Counted from the stretch's first letter, positions 25,939-38,751 are shown. The stretch: DNA of 49,292 nucleotides from an uncultured delta proteobacterium (GCA_963828255.1 CAWHDZ010000006.1:1-49292), one strand, 5' to 3'. Program-made: numbers and translations. Notes: generated from the letters alone by a model not told the origin.

Positions 25939-26715
25939 GCGTCGCTCCTCTCGCGGCGGGCCTCGCGCCGGGAAACTTCCCGCGCGAAGGCCAGGTAGCT
26001 CTGGCAGCCCTTGCTCGCGACGTCGTAGAGCAGGATGGGCTTGCCGTGGGACTGGCTCTCGGAGAGCCGGACGTTGCGGGGGATGACGGTCTCGAAGACC
26101 CGCCCGGCGAAGTGCCTCCGGATGTCCTCGGCCACCTGCGAGGCCAGGTTGTTCTGACCGAACATGGTGAGGAGGATCCCGTCCACCTCCAGGGCGGGGT
26201 TCAGGGAGCCCTTCACGAGCTCGACAGTGCGCAGGATGTCGGCCAGCCCCTCGAGGGCGAAGTACTCGCACTGCAGGGGGACGATGACGCCGTCGGAGGC
26301 GGCCAGCCCGTTGAGGGTGAGAAGGCCGAGGGACGGGGGGCAGTCGATGATGACGTGCTCGTAGTCGCAGGGCGGTGGCGAGCGCCTCGCGGAGCCGCGA
26401 CTCACGCCGCTCGGAGCCGGCCAGCTCGATCTCGGCACCGACCAGGTGTCGGCTGGCGGGGAGGAGGTCGAGGAAGCGCAGCTCGGTGCGCCGCACCACC
26501 TCGGCAACCGGGCGTCCGTCGAGCAGCACGTCGTAGACCGACCCCTCCACCTCGTCGCGGGCCACGCCCAGGGCGGAGCCGGCGTTTCCCTGCGGGTCGA
26601 GGTCCACGAGCAGCGTGCGGTGCTCGCCCGCGGCGAGCGACGCGGCGAGGTTCACGGCGGTCGTGGTCTTGCCGACGCCGCCCTTCTGGTTGGCGATGGT
26701 GACGGTCCTTCCCAT
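25935..26715 (-). CDS. parA: Chromosome partitioning ATPase ParA/Soj, frameshifted near 26367
   Basis: NQKGGVGKTTT and DLDPQGNA in one frame; YEHVIIDCPPSLG, PLQCEYFALEG, IPRNVRLSE in another; total length 781 nt (3n+1). Confidence 0.92.
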
Positions 26716-26813
26716 GTCTCCTCTGGGGCTGCCGGGGGTGGGGCCGGGTTCTACCCCGACCCGGGGCGAGAATGCTCCCGGGATCTGACAGGGGGGCGGG
26801 GAGAGGCCGCGAA

Positions 26814-26829
26814 TGTTCCACGTGGAACA
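26814..26829. promoter_or_regulatory. parS centromere-like site 1
   Basis: Perfect palindrome TGTTCCACGTGGAACA upstream of parA. Confidence 0.95.
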
Positions 26830-26850
26830 TCCCGGAGGGGAGGGGATCGG

Positions 26851-26866
26851 TGTTCCACGTGGAACA
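26851..26866. promoter_or_regulatory. parS centromere-like site 2
   Basis: Second identical TGTTCCACGTGGAACA; the palindrome extends to 26848-26869. Confidence 0.95.
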
Positions 26867-26887
26867 CCGCCTGCGGGGGCCGCGCCT

Positions 26888-27535
26888 TCACCGCGCGCGC
26901 AGGCTCGCCACGGCCCGGGCCGCCCCGGACCGGGGAAGCGTGAAGCGGCGCAGGTTCACGACCTCGAGCCCGGCCTCCACCCCGGCCTGGTGCAACGCCT
27001 CCTCGTCCACCTCACGGCCCAGCGTGGCGAGCACCCGCCCGCCCGGGGCCAGGTAGCGCACCGCCAGCGGCAGCCAGCGCGCCGGCTCTGCGAAGGCGCG
27101 GCTCACCACCACCTCCGCCCCCGGCAACCCCTCGCGCCCCGGGTTCCCCTCCGCCCGCGCGGCCACCCCGCGGACCCGGAGGTCGAGCTCCGCCGCGACC
27201 GCCTTCACGAAGGCCACCTTCTTCGCGACCGTGTCGCAGCAGGTGACCTCGAGAGAGGGGAGGGCGATGGCGAGGGGGATCCCCGGAAGCCCCGCTCCGC
27301 TCCCGATGTCGAGCAGCGTGGCCGCGCCCGTCACCTCCGGCACGAGCGCGAGGCTGTCGACGAGGTGCTTCTCCGCGAGCTCGGCGGGGTCGGTGATGGC
27401 GGTGAGGTTCACCTTCCGGTTCCAGGCGATCAACCGATCGGCGTACCGCTCGAGCTTGGCCCGCATCGCCGGGTCGAGGTGCACCCCCAGCGCGCGGGCC
27501 CCCTCCTCGAGCACCTCGGCGAAAGGGTCGTCCAC
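26888..27535 (-). CDS. rsmG: 16S rRNA m7G527 methyltransferase RsmG (GidB)
   Basis: [39 protein letters not shown]. Confidence 0.95.
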   Translation of the reverse strand: MDDPFAEVLEEGARALGVHLDPAMRAKLERYADRLIAWNRKVNLTAITDPAELAEKHLVDSLALVPEVTGAATLLDIGSGAGLPGIPLAIALPSLEVTCCDTVAKKVAFVKAVAAELDLRVRGVAARAEGNPGREGLPGAEVVVSRAFAEPARWLPLAVRYLAPGGRVLATLGREVDEEALHQAGVEAGLEVVNLRRFTLPRSGAARAVASLRAR

Positions 27536-27538
27536 CGG

Positions 27539-27751
27539 CTACCCGTGGCGCCGCCCGATGGCGGCGTCCACCTCGAGCGCGTGGCTGGCCAGGAAGGCGA
27601 CCACCTCCTCGTCGTTGAGCCCGAGGTCGCGCAGCACGCCGTCGTAGACGAACTTGAATCCCTGCCGCTGCTCGTCGCCGGAGAGATCGAACGAGCGACG
27701 GAGGACCGCCGCGGCGAAGAGCTTCTCGTCCCGGGTCTTCTCGCGCGCCAT
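27539..27751 (-). CDS. Small hypothetical protein (70 aa)
   Basis: MAREKTRDEKLFAAAVLRRSFDL...; fills the gap between jag and rsmG with 2-3 bp spacing and typical codon usage. Confidence 0.7.
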   Translation of the reverse strand: MAREKTRDEKLFAAAVLRRSFDLSGDEQRQGFKFVYDGVLRDLGLNDEEVVAFLASHALEVDAAIGRRHG

Positions 27752-27753
27752 GG

Positions 27754-28272
27754 TCAGCTCCCGGCCTGCGGGGTCTTCGGCTTCGCGCCGGGGATGACGA
27801 GCAGCTGGCGGAAGATCCCCTCGCCCTCGCTGCGCGTGGTGACACCGTCCACCTCGAGGAGCGCCAGGTGCACGGCGCGCCGGTCGCGCGCGCTCATGGG
27901 CGAGACGGCCAGCGCCTTGCCGGTGCGCAGCGCCACCGCGGCGAGGCGCAGCGCCATGGCGCGCACGGCCGGGTCGCCTCCCTCCGGGAAGCCGCCCACC
28001 TCCAGGTTGACCCACTTGCGCCCCTCGGCGCGCGGGTTCACCACCCGGTTCACCAGGTACTGCACCGCCTCGACGAGCGCGCCGGAGAGATCGACGCCGT
28101 TCCCCTCGCGGGGGGCGAGCGACACACCGATGGCCTCGGGCGTCTCCCGCACGGTCACGTCGACGGCGGCGCCGAGCCGGACGAACAGCCCGGTGCAGAA
28201 GGCGCGCGCCCGCTCCACCTTCTCCGGGGCCTCCCGGGGCGGGGGCACGTCCTCTCGCTCCACGTCGTGCAT
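27754..28272 (-). CDS. jag: Jag/EloR (KhpB)-like R3H-domain protein, short form
   Basis: EAVQYLVNRVVN, PMSARDRRAVH (R3H), TRSEGEG; directly after yidC; alternative GTG start at 28293. Confidence 0.85.
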   Translation of the reverse strand: MHDVEREDVPPPREAPEKVERARAFCTGLFVRLGAAVDVTVRETPEAIGVSLAPREGNGVDLSGALVEAVQYLVNRVVNPRAEGRKWVNLEVGGFPEGGDPAVRAMALRLAAVALRTGKALAVSPMSARDRRAVHLALLEVDGVTTRSEGEGIFRQLLVIPGAKPKTPQAGS

Positions 28273-28289
28273 GGGCCCCTCCCCGGGCG

Positions 28290-29948
28290 TCACTTCCCCG
28301 CGGCGGCTGCCGCGGCCGTGGCGTTGCGGTGCTTGCGCATGATCCACCGCTGCTGCGCGATGGAGAGCAGGTTGTTCACGAAGATGTAGAGCGTCAGGCC
28401 CGCCGGCAGCTTCAGCATGATGAAGGTGAAGAAGGCGGGCATGAAGTAGAGCAGCATCTTGGCCTGCGCGTTGTCGGCCGGCTGCGGCGAGATCTTCTGC
28501 ATGACGAAGCTCGACGCGCCCATGGCCAGCGGCAGGATGTAGAAGGGGTCGTAGGCGGTCAGATCCTTCACCCACAGGAAGGGCTGCCGGTAGAGCTCCA
28601 CGGAGGTCTGCAGGGTGGCGTAGAGGGCCAGCCACACCGGCATCTGGAGCAAGAGCGGCAGGCACCCGCCCAATGGATTTACCTTGTGCTCCTGGTAGAG
28701 CTTCATGACCTCCTGGTTCATCTTCTCCTTGTCGTCCCCGAGCCTGGCCTTGATGGCGTCGACCTTGGGCTGGAGCGTCTTCATCTCCTGCATCGACATC
28801 ATCGACTTCACTGTAAGTGGATAAAGCAGGGCTTTCACTACGAGTGTAAGAAGGATGATGGCCACGCCCCAGTTGCGGGCGAAGGAGTTGAACTTCTGCA
28901 TCACCCAGAGCAGGACCCGGGCGAAGAAGGAGAGGTAGTTGGAGACCGGGCCGTAGTCGATGGCGGTCTCGAGGTCGCGGGAGTAGGCGCGCAGCAGGTC
29001 CACCTGCTTGGGCCCCACGTAGAGCTGGAAGGTGGCCCGGGCGGCCCGGTCCACCGGGATGCGCAGCCCGGACAGGGTCTCCCCTGCGGTGGTCTGCTTC
29101 GCGAAGAAACAGGTTCCTTCCCCCGACTGAGGGATGAGCGCCGAGACGAAGTAGTGCTGGTCGAGCCCCAGCCAGCGCGGCGGACCGGGCAGCACCACGA
29201 GGGTATCCTTGCCGTCGAAGCGCTCTGTCTTGTCGCCGGCCCGGCAGACCGGGATGACCGACTCGAAGACCTCGCCGCCCGAGAGGAACCCGGCGGTGGG
29301 CGCGTCGGGGGCCTGGAAGGCCGGGTAGAGGATGGCCAGCGACCCCGGCTTCTCCCCGCCTCCCACCGCGAGCTCCAGGTCGATCTGGTAGGGGCGCGCG
29401 CCGACCTGGAAGCTTTTGCGCACGTCCACCGCGCCGATCCGCCCCTCGAAGGTGACGCTCCTCGCGTCCTGCGCGACGATGCGCATGGGAGCGCGGACCA
29501 GCGGATCGGTGCTGGGATCGGAGCCGCCGCCCAGCTCGGCGGAGGGCAGGACCGCAAGCGGCCAGGGCTGCCCCGCGCGGACGCTGACCAGGTCGATGGG
29601 GACGTCGGGCGTCTCGCCCTTGCCCCGCTTCCGGTAGGTCTCTTCCTTCAGGATGAGGCTCTTCAGCGCCCCGCCCCAGGTCGTGAAGGTGGCCCGGAAC
29701 TCGGGGGTCTCGAGGACGACGGTCTCCTCGGGCGTGGACGGCGCGACCAACACGGCCGGTGGCGGCGCCTCGGGCTTCGCGGCGGCCCCGGCTCCCGCGG
29801 CGGCCTGGGGGCCGGTCGGTGCGGCGGAGCCGGACGCGACCCTGGCTGCGTCCGGGCCGGCCTTCTTCGGCATGAAGAACTCGTTCCACGCGAAGAGGAT
29901 CAGCACCGCGCCGAGCGCGGCGAACATGATGCGCTTGCTTTCGTTCAC
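28290..29948 (-). CDS. yidC: Membrane protein insertase YidC
   Basis: NWGVAIILLTLVVKALLYPLT, NPLGGCLPLLLQMP, LPAGLTLYIFVNNLLSIAQQ. Confidence 0.97.
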   Translation of the reverse strand: MNESKRIMFAALGAVLILFAWNEFFMPKKAGPDAARVASGSAAPTGPQAAAGAGAAAKPEAPPPAVLVAPSTPEETVVLETPEFRATFTTWGGALKSLILKEETYRKRGKGETPDVPIDLVSVRAGQPWPLAVLPSAELGGGSDPSTDPLVRAPMRIVAQDARSVTFEGRIGAVDVRKSFQVGARPYQIDLELAVGGGEKPGSLAILYPAFQAPDAPTAGFLSGGEVFESVIPVCRAGDKTERFDGKDTLVVLPGPPRWLGLDQHYFVSALIPQSGEGTCFFAKQTTAGETLSGLRIPVDRAARATFQLYVGPKQVDLLRAYSRDLETAIDYGPVSNYLSFFARVLLWVMQKFNSFARNWGVAIILLTLVVKALLYPLTVKSMMSMQEMKTLQPKVDAIKARLGDDKEKMNQEVMKLYQEHKVNPLGGCLPLLLQMPVWLALYATLQTSVELYRQPFLWVKDLTAYDPFYILPLAMGASSFVMQKISPQPADNAQAKMLLYFMPAFFTFIMLKLPAGLTLYIFVNNLLSIAQQRWIMRKHRNATAAAAAAGK

Positions 29949-29979
29949 GACGTACCTGCCTTCTTCTGCGAGATGTCTC

Positions 29980-30210
29980 TCAAGGAACCGGGTCGAGCCC
30001 GCCCGGGTGGAACGGGTGGCAGCGGGCCAGCCGGCGCGCCGCCAGCCAGCTCCCCTTGGCGGCCCCGTGGCGCTCGAGCGCCGTCACCGCGTACGCCGAG
30101 CACGACGGGTAGAACCGGCAGGATGGCGGCAGGAGCGGCGACAGCAGCCACTGGTAGGCGCGCACGATGCCGACGAGCGGCAGCGCGGCCGGGCTCGTTC
30201 CCTTCGTCAC
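29980..30210 (-). CDS. yidD: Membrane protein insertion efficiency factor YidD
   Basis: [12 protein letters not shown]...[14 protein letters not shown]. Confidence 0.95.
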   Translation of the reverse strand: MTKGTSPAALPLVGIVRAYQWLLSPLLPPSCRFYPSCSAYAVTALERHGAAKGSWLAARRLARCHPFHPGGLDPVP

Positions 30211-30551
30211 CGCGCCCCCCCGCGCGCCAGGCGATCGCGGGCGGCCACCAGCGCGGCGCGCGCGCCGGCCATCCCGACCTCCTGGGCACCGGATCGCGCG
30301 ATCACCACCAGGTCCACCGGTGGGAGATCGGCTGCCACGGCCCGGAAGGCCTCCCGCACCTGGCGCTTGATTCGGTTCCGGATCACCGCGTTCGCCACCT
30401 TGCCCGACACCGTTATGCCGATCCGGGGGGCGCTCCCCCCCGCCTGGAGGGCGAGGACCACGAGCTTCCCGGCGAACAGGCGCTCACCGCGCTGCTGCAC
30501 CGCCAGGAACTCGCGACGGCGCAGGATGCGCGCCGCCTTGCCGAAGTGCAC
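30207..30551 (-). CDS. rnpA: Ribonuclease P protein component
   Basis: [28 protein letters not shown] (RNR motif). Confidence 0.93.
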   Translation of the reverse strand: MHFGKAARILRRREFLAVQQRGERLFAGKLVVLALQAGGSAPRIGITVSGKVANAVIRNRIKRQVREAFRAVAADLPPVDLVVIARSGAQEVGMAGARAALVAARDRLARGGAR

Positions 30552-30572
30552 GGGATCCCTGGCCTCGGCGCC

Positions 30573-30722
30573 CTACTTCGACGGCGCCTTGGGCGCCAGC
30601 TTCTTGCGCCCCTTGGCGCGGCGCCGCTTGATCACGTTCTGCCCGCCGGCGGACTTCATGCGCTTGCGGAATCCGTGCGTGCGGTTCCGCTTCACCTTCT
30701 TGGGCTGGTAGGTCCTCTTCAT
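30573..30722 (-). CDS. rpmH: 50S ribosomal protein L34
   Basis: Manual translation [49 protein letters not shown]. Confidence 0.97.
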   Translation of the reverse strand: MKRTYQPKKVKRNRTHGFRKRMKSAGGQNVIKRRRAKGRKKLAPKAPSK

Positions 30723-30988
30723 GGCGCCGGAAACTCCCCGATCGGACGCGCCGTGTCAAGGTAGCCGGGAACCCAACGGACCGCGCGCCCATCTCCGAGG
30801 AAATTCCGCCACCTGTCACGTACCTCGAACGAGCACTTGATCCGCGGCCTCGACCTTCGCTACAGAGTGTCTCGTCGCACGTTCGTCACGCAGCCCGCGC
30901 AGCTCGAGCTTTCCATACTACCAGTGAACATCGCCCCCGCGGTCCGCGGGGGCCGTGCGACCTTTTTCTCGCCGGGAGGGCCGAGGGG

Positions 30989-32371
30989 ATGGCAACCGTG
31001 GGGCATGCAGTCTCGCCAGATGGTTCCCCGACCGACGGAGCGGCACCCGAACACTGGCGCCGCATCGACGAGTACCTGCGCGGCCGCCTGCGCGAGGACC
31101 TGTACCGGCGCTGGTTCGCGCCCTTGCGCGTGCTCGGGCTCGACGGCGACCGGTTGCAGGTCGGGGCGCCCGACCCGTTCCACCGCGACTTCGTGGACGA
31201 CAACTACCGGGACTGGTTCGACGAGTTCGTCCCCGGCCTGGTCGGTGCACCGGTGCGCACCCAGTTCGTCGTGGACTTGGCCCCGCGGACCCAGCGGCCG
31301 CCGCCCCCCCCGGAACCGGCAGCCTCCTTTTCCGCCCCGCACGCGCCCGGCGAGACCCGTCCCAACCCCCGCTACCTCTTCGACACCTTCGTGGTCGGCG
31401 AGTCGAACCGTTTCGCCGTGGCCGCCGCCCAGGCCGTCGCCAAGACCCCGGGGCGGGCCTGGAACCCGCTCTTCCTGCACGGCGACTCGGGCCTCGGAAA
31501 GACCCACCTCCTTCACGCCATCGCCAACGATATCCACTCCAGCACCCCCGGCGCCCGCGTCGCCATCGTCACCTCGGAGCGCTACACCAACGACTTCGTG
31601 GACGCCCTCTCCCGCAACACCATGGGCGACTTCCGCCGCAAGTACCGGGAATGCGGCGCCCTGCTCGTGGACGACGTGCAGTTCTTCGCCGGCCGCGACA
31701 AGACCGCCGAGGAGTTCTTCCACACCTTCAACGCCCTCTACGAGCAGAACGTCCAGATCGTGCTCTCCAGCGATCGCAGCCCCAAGGAGTTGAAGGGGCT
31801 CGAGGAGCGGCTCTGCTCCCGCTTCGAGTGGGGCATGCGGGTCCACATCGACACCCCCGAGTTCGAGACCCGGGCCGCGATTCTCAAGAAGAAGGCGCTG
31901 GCCGAGCGGATCGACCTCTCCGACGACGTGGCCTCCCTTCTCGCCACCCACATCAAGTCGAACGTCCGGGAGCTGGAGGGAGCGCTCATGCGGCTCGCCG
32001 CCTTCGCCTCGCTCAAGGGGGAGCCCATCTCGGTGCCGCTGGCCCGGGACGTCCTCTCCGACGTCATCCCGCCCCCCGGCTATCGCCCCTCCATCGAGCG
32101 CATCCAGGAGGCCGTGGCGGCCCACTACGGCATCACGGTGGCCCGCCTGACCAGCTCGTCGCGAGAGCAGAAGATCGCCCTGCCGCGCCAGGTGGCGATG
32201 TTCCTCTGCCGCGAGCTCGCCAAGGAGACGCTCCAGACCATCGCCGAGAAGTTCAACAAGAAGGACCACACCACGGTCATCTCGGCCATCGAGCGGGTCA
32301 ACGAGCTCTCCCTGACCGATCTGGAGATCCGCCAGGCCGTGGAGACGCTCCGCTCGGGCGTCACTTCGTAG
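30989..32371 (+). CDS. dnaA: Chromosomal replication initiator DnaA
   Basis: FDTFVVGESN, NPLFLHGDSGLGKTHL, EEFFHTFN, SNVRELEGAL, PRQVAMFL, KDHTTV. Confidence 0.98.
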   Translation: MATVGHAVSPDGSPTDGAAPEHWRRIDEYLRGRLREDLYRRWFAPLRVLGLDGDRLQVGAPDPFHRDFVDDNYRDWFDEFVPGLVGAPVRTQFVVDLAPRTQRPPPPPEPAASFSAPHAPGETRPNPRYLFDTFVVGESNRFAVAAAQAVAKTPGRAWNPLFLHGDSGLGKTHLLHAIANDIHSSTPGARVAIVTSERYTNDFVDALSRNTMGDFRRKYRECGALLVDDVQFFAGRDKTAEEFFHTFNALYEQNVQIVLSSDRSPKELKGLEERLCSRFEWGMRVHIDTPEFETRAAILKKKALAERIDLSDDVASLLATHIKSNVRELEGALMRLAAFASLKGEPISVPLARDVLSDVIPPPGYRPSIERIQEAVAAHYGITVARLTSSSREQKIALPRQVAMFLCRELAKETLQTIAEKFNKKDHTTVISAIERVNELSLTDLEIRQAVETLRSGVTS

Positions 32372-32604
32372 GTGGCGCGAGCGCGTGGAACGGTGGTGGA
32401 TCTACCCTGGATCGGACGGGGTCCTGGCGTGGACGGATGGCCCTCCCCGATCGCGCCGTTTCCTCCACAGGCGGCCGGCTCGATGATCCAGGGGGTTCTC
32501 CAGATCGGTTTCCCGAGTCGTTCCGGCGGCGAGACCCCCTTCTCCACATCGATCGCCTCTCTACGATCGCGACGGATCTGAAAGAAAGATAGGATTCCCA
32601 TCCC
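32372..32604. other. Putative replication origin oriC (dnaA-dnaN spacer)
   Basis: Degenerate DnaA boxes TTCTCCACA 32540-32548, TCCTCCACA 32461-32469, TTCTCCAGA 32496-32504, reverse-oriented TGGA cores at 32384-32436; short A-rich tract at ~32580-32595; position between dnaA and dnaN. Confidence 0.65.
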
Positions 32605-33735
32605 ATGGAACTGAAGATCGGCGTCCCGGAACTGACCCGCGCACTGGCCCGCTCGCAGGGCATCGTCGAGAAGAAGAGCACGATGCCCATCCTCTCCCAC
32701 GTCCTCCTCGAGGCGAAGAAGGGAGGCGAGTTGTCCGTCTCCGCCACCGATCTCGACGTCTCGGTTTCGGGCACCCACGCCGCCGAGGTGCTGAAGGAGG
32801 GCGGCATGGCCGTCTCCGCCCGGCACCTCTTCGACATCGTGAAGTCCCTCTCCGGGGAGAAGACCGTCTCCCTGAAGAAGACCGCCAACAACCACCTCGA
32901 GGTGAAGGCCGGCCAGGCCGAGTTCCGGCTGGTGGGCCTGCCCGCCGAGGACTTCCCCGCGTTGCCCAGGTTCGACAAGGTCCCCTTCGTGCCGGTCGAC
33001 CCCGACACGGTGCTCGGCCTCGTCGAGCGCACCGCCTTCGCCGCCTCCAGCGACGAGACCCGCTACAACCTGAACGGCGTCTACTTCGAGCCGGCAGCTG
33101 GCGTGATGCGGCTCGTGGCCACCGACGGCCACCGTCTCTCCATGGCCGACGCCGCCATCGATGGGGACTTCAAGCTGAAGAAGGGGGTCATCCTCCCCAG
33201 GAAGGGCATCTCCGAGCTCCGGAAGCTGCTCTCCGAGGCCTTGGAGGGCGCCGAGGAGAAGCCCAGGGGCGAGCTGGGATTCGCCGACAACTCGGCGGTC
33301 TTCCGGCGCACCGGGGTGGTGCTCGTGATGCGGCTCATCGAGGGCTCCTTCCCCGACTACCGGCAGGTCATCCCCAAGGCTGGCGAGAAGGTGGCCTCCC
33401 TGGGCCGTGAGCGTCTCCTGACGACCCTCAGGCGGGTCTCGCTCCTCTCGTCGGAGAAGTCGAACGCGGTGAAGCTCGAGCTCGAGAAGGGGAACCTGCG
33501 CATCGCCGCGCAGAACCCCGACCTGGGCGAGGCCCGCGAGGACGTCCCGGTGGAGTACGACGGCGAGCCGCTCAAGATCGGCTTCAACGCCAAGTACCTC
33601 ATCGACGTCCTCACCGTCCTCCACGACGCCGACGTGCGGCTCGAGCTGGCCGACGACCTCTCCCCTGGCGTGGTCCGGCCCGTGGGCGAGCCCGGCGAGC
33701 ACTTCACCGCGGTCATCATGCCCATGCGCATCTGA
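32605..33735 (+). CDS. dnaN: DNA polymerase III beta clamp
   Basis: KSTMPILSHV, SATDLD, DETRYNLNGV, VATDGHRL, IGFNAKYL, VIMPMRI. Confidence 0.97.
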   Translation: MELKIGVPELTRALARSQGIVEKKSTMPILSHVLLEAKKGGELSVSATDLDVSVSGTHAAEVLKEGGMAVSARHLFDIVKSLSGEKTVSLKKTANNHLEVKAGQAEFRLVGLPAEDFPALPRFDKVPFVPVDPDTVLGLVERTAFAASSDETRYNLNGVYFEPAAGVMRLVATDGHRLSMADAAIDGDFKLKKGVILPRKGISELRKLLSEALEGAEEKPRGELGFADNSAVFRRTGVVLVMRLIEGSFPDYRQVIPKAGEKVASLGRERLLTTLRRVSLLSSEKSNAVKLELEKGNLRIAAQNPDLGEAREDVPVEYDGEPLKIGFNAKYLIDVLTVLHDADVRLELADDLSPGVVRPVGEPGEHFTAVIMPMRI

Positions 33736-33739
33736 GGTC

Positions 33740-37442
<3,703 letters not shown>

Positions 37443-37476
37443 AGGGCGCCCGGTTCCGGGCGCGGAGGGCGCGGCG

Positions 37477-37665
37477 ATGGACTGGTTCTTCCGGCAGCCG
37501 ATCCCGGGGCTCTTCTTCGAGATCGTCGTCGCCTTCGTGGGGCTCGTGGTATTCGTCACCATCGCGCTCGACCATCCGTTCCAGGGGTCCGTCACCCCCG
37601 CACCGGATGGGTTCAACCTCATCGCCGACCGCCCCTCTGGCGGGCTGTCGCGGACAGGAGACTGA
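37477..37665 (+). CDS. Small membrane protein or gene remnant resembling the C-terminus of DUF4239 (bestrophin-like) proteins
   Basis: GGAGG SD; one TM followed by ALDHPFQGSVTP; family resemblance is from recall only. Confidence 0.45.
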   Translation: MDWFFRQPIPGLFFEIVVAFVGLVVFVTIALDHPFQGSVTPAPDGFNLIADRPSGGLSRTGD

Positions 37666-37668
37666 CCG

Positions 37669-38664
37669 ATGCCTCGCGCCGCATTCGTCGCCATCGGCAC
37701 CTACGTCCCCGACCGCGTCGTCACCAACGCGGAGCTGACCAAGTACATGGACACCACCGAGGAGTGGATCGTCCAGCGCACCGGCATCCAGGAGCGCCAC
37801 TGGGTCGAGCCCGGAATGGGCAGCGCCGAGATGGCCCACCGGGCCACGCGCCGGGCCCTCGACCAGGCGGGATGGAAGCCCGAGGACATCGAGGCCATCA
37901 TCTTCGCGAGCCTGTCGCCCGACCACATGTTCCCGGGCGACGGCTGCTTCCTGAACGCCAAGCTGGGGATCCCCGGCGTCCCGGCCCTCGACGTGCGCAA
38001 CCAGTGCTCGGGATTCCTCTACGGCCTCTCGGTGGCCGACGCCTGGATCCGCACCGGGACCTACAAGAGGATCCTGCTGGTCGGGTCGGAGACCCACTCC
38101 ACCGGCCTCGACGTCTCCACGGCAGGGCGCGACGTGACCGTGATCTTCGGGGACGGCGCCGCCGCGGCGCTCCTCGAGGCCACCGACGACCCGGGGAGGG
38201 GCGTGCTCGCCATCGAGCTGCACGCCGACGGACGCTTCGCCACCGACCTCTGGACCGACCAGCCGGGCTCGATCCACAGCCCGCGCAACACCCACGCCAT
38301 GATCGACGACGGCAGCGGGTACCCCAAGATGGAGGGGCAGAAGGTCTTCAAGCACGCCATCGTCCGCATGCCCGAGGTGGTGCGCAGCCTGCTCGGCAAG
38401 ACCGGCCTCACCACCGCGGACATCAAGGTCCTCGTGCCGCACCAGGCCAACCTGCGCATCGCCGAGACGGTGCAGAAGTCGCTCGGGCTGCGCGACGACC
38501 AGGTCTTCAACAACATCCAGAAGTACGGCAACACCACGGCGGCGAGCATCCCGCTGGCGCTCGCCGAGGCCATCCCGGAGCGCGGCGTGAAGCGCGGCGA
38601 GCTCGTCGCCCTGGCGGCCTTCGGAGCAGGTTTCACCTGGGGTGCAGCTCTCGCGAGGTGGTGA
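37669..38664 (+). CDS. fabH: 3-oxoacyl-ACP synthase III family protein
   Basis: EWIVQRTGIQER, catalytic C-H-N in NQCSGF, PHQAN, YGNT; FGAGFTWG. Confidence 0.92.
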   Translation: MPRAAFVAIGTYVPDRVVTNAELTKYMDTTEEWIVQRTGIQERHWVEPGMGSAEMAHRATRRALDQAGWKPEDIEAIIFASLSPDHMFPGDGCFLNAKLGIPGVPALDVRNQCSGFLYGLSVADAWIRTGTYKRILLVGSETHSTGLDVSTAGRDVTVIFGDGAAAALLEATDDPGRGVLAIELHADGRFATDLWTDQPGSIHSPRNTHAMIDDGSGYPKMEGQKVFKHAIVRMPEVVRSLLGKTGLTTADIKVLVPHQANLRIAETVQKSLGLRDDQVFNNIQKYGNTTAASIPLALAEAIPERGVKRGELVALAAFGAGFTWGAALARW

Positions 38665-38680
38665 TGCCCCGCAAGGAACT

Positions 38681-38751
38681 TGAGGCGTCGTCCAATGGCA
38701 GGACTGCGGACTTTGGATCCGCGTATGAAGGTTCGAATCCTTCCGCCTCAA
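38681..38751 (+). tRNA. tRNA-Gln (anticodon TTG)
   Basis: Acceptor TGAGGCG/CGCCTCA, anticodon arm GCGGA-CTTTGGA-TCCGC, T arm GAAGG-TTCGAAT-CCTTC; full CCA not encoded (ACCT). Confidence 0.95.

Noticed and set aside
26814..26866. Two identical palindromes as a mini-CRISPR
   Set aside because: 16-bp units, two copies, exact parS consensus, next to parAB, no cas genes.
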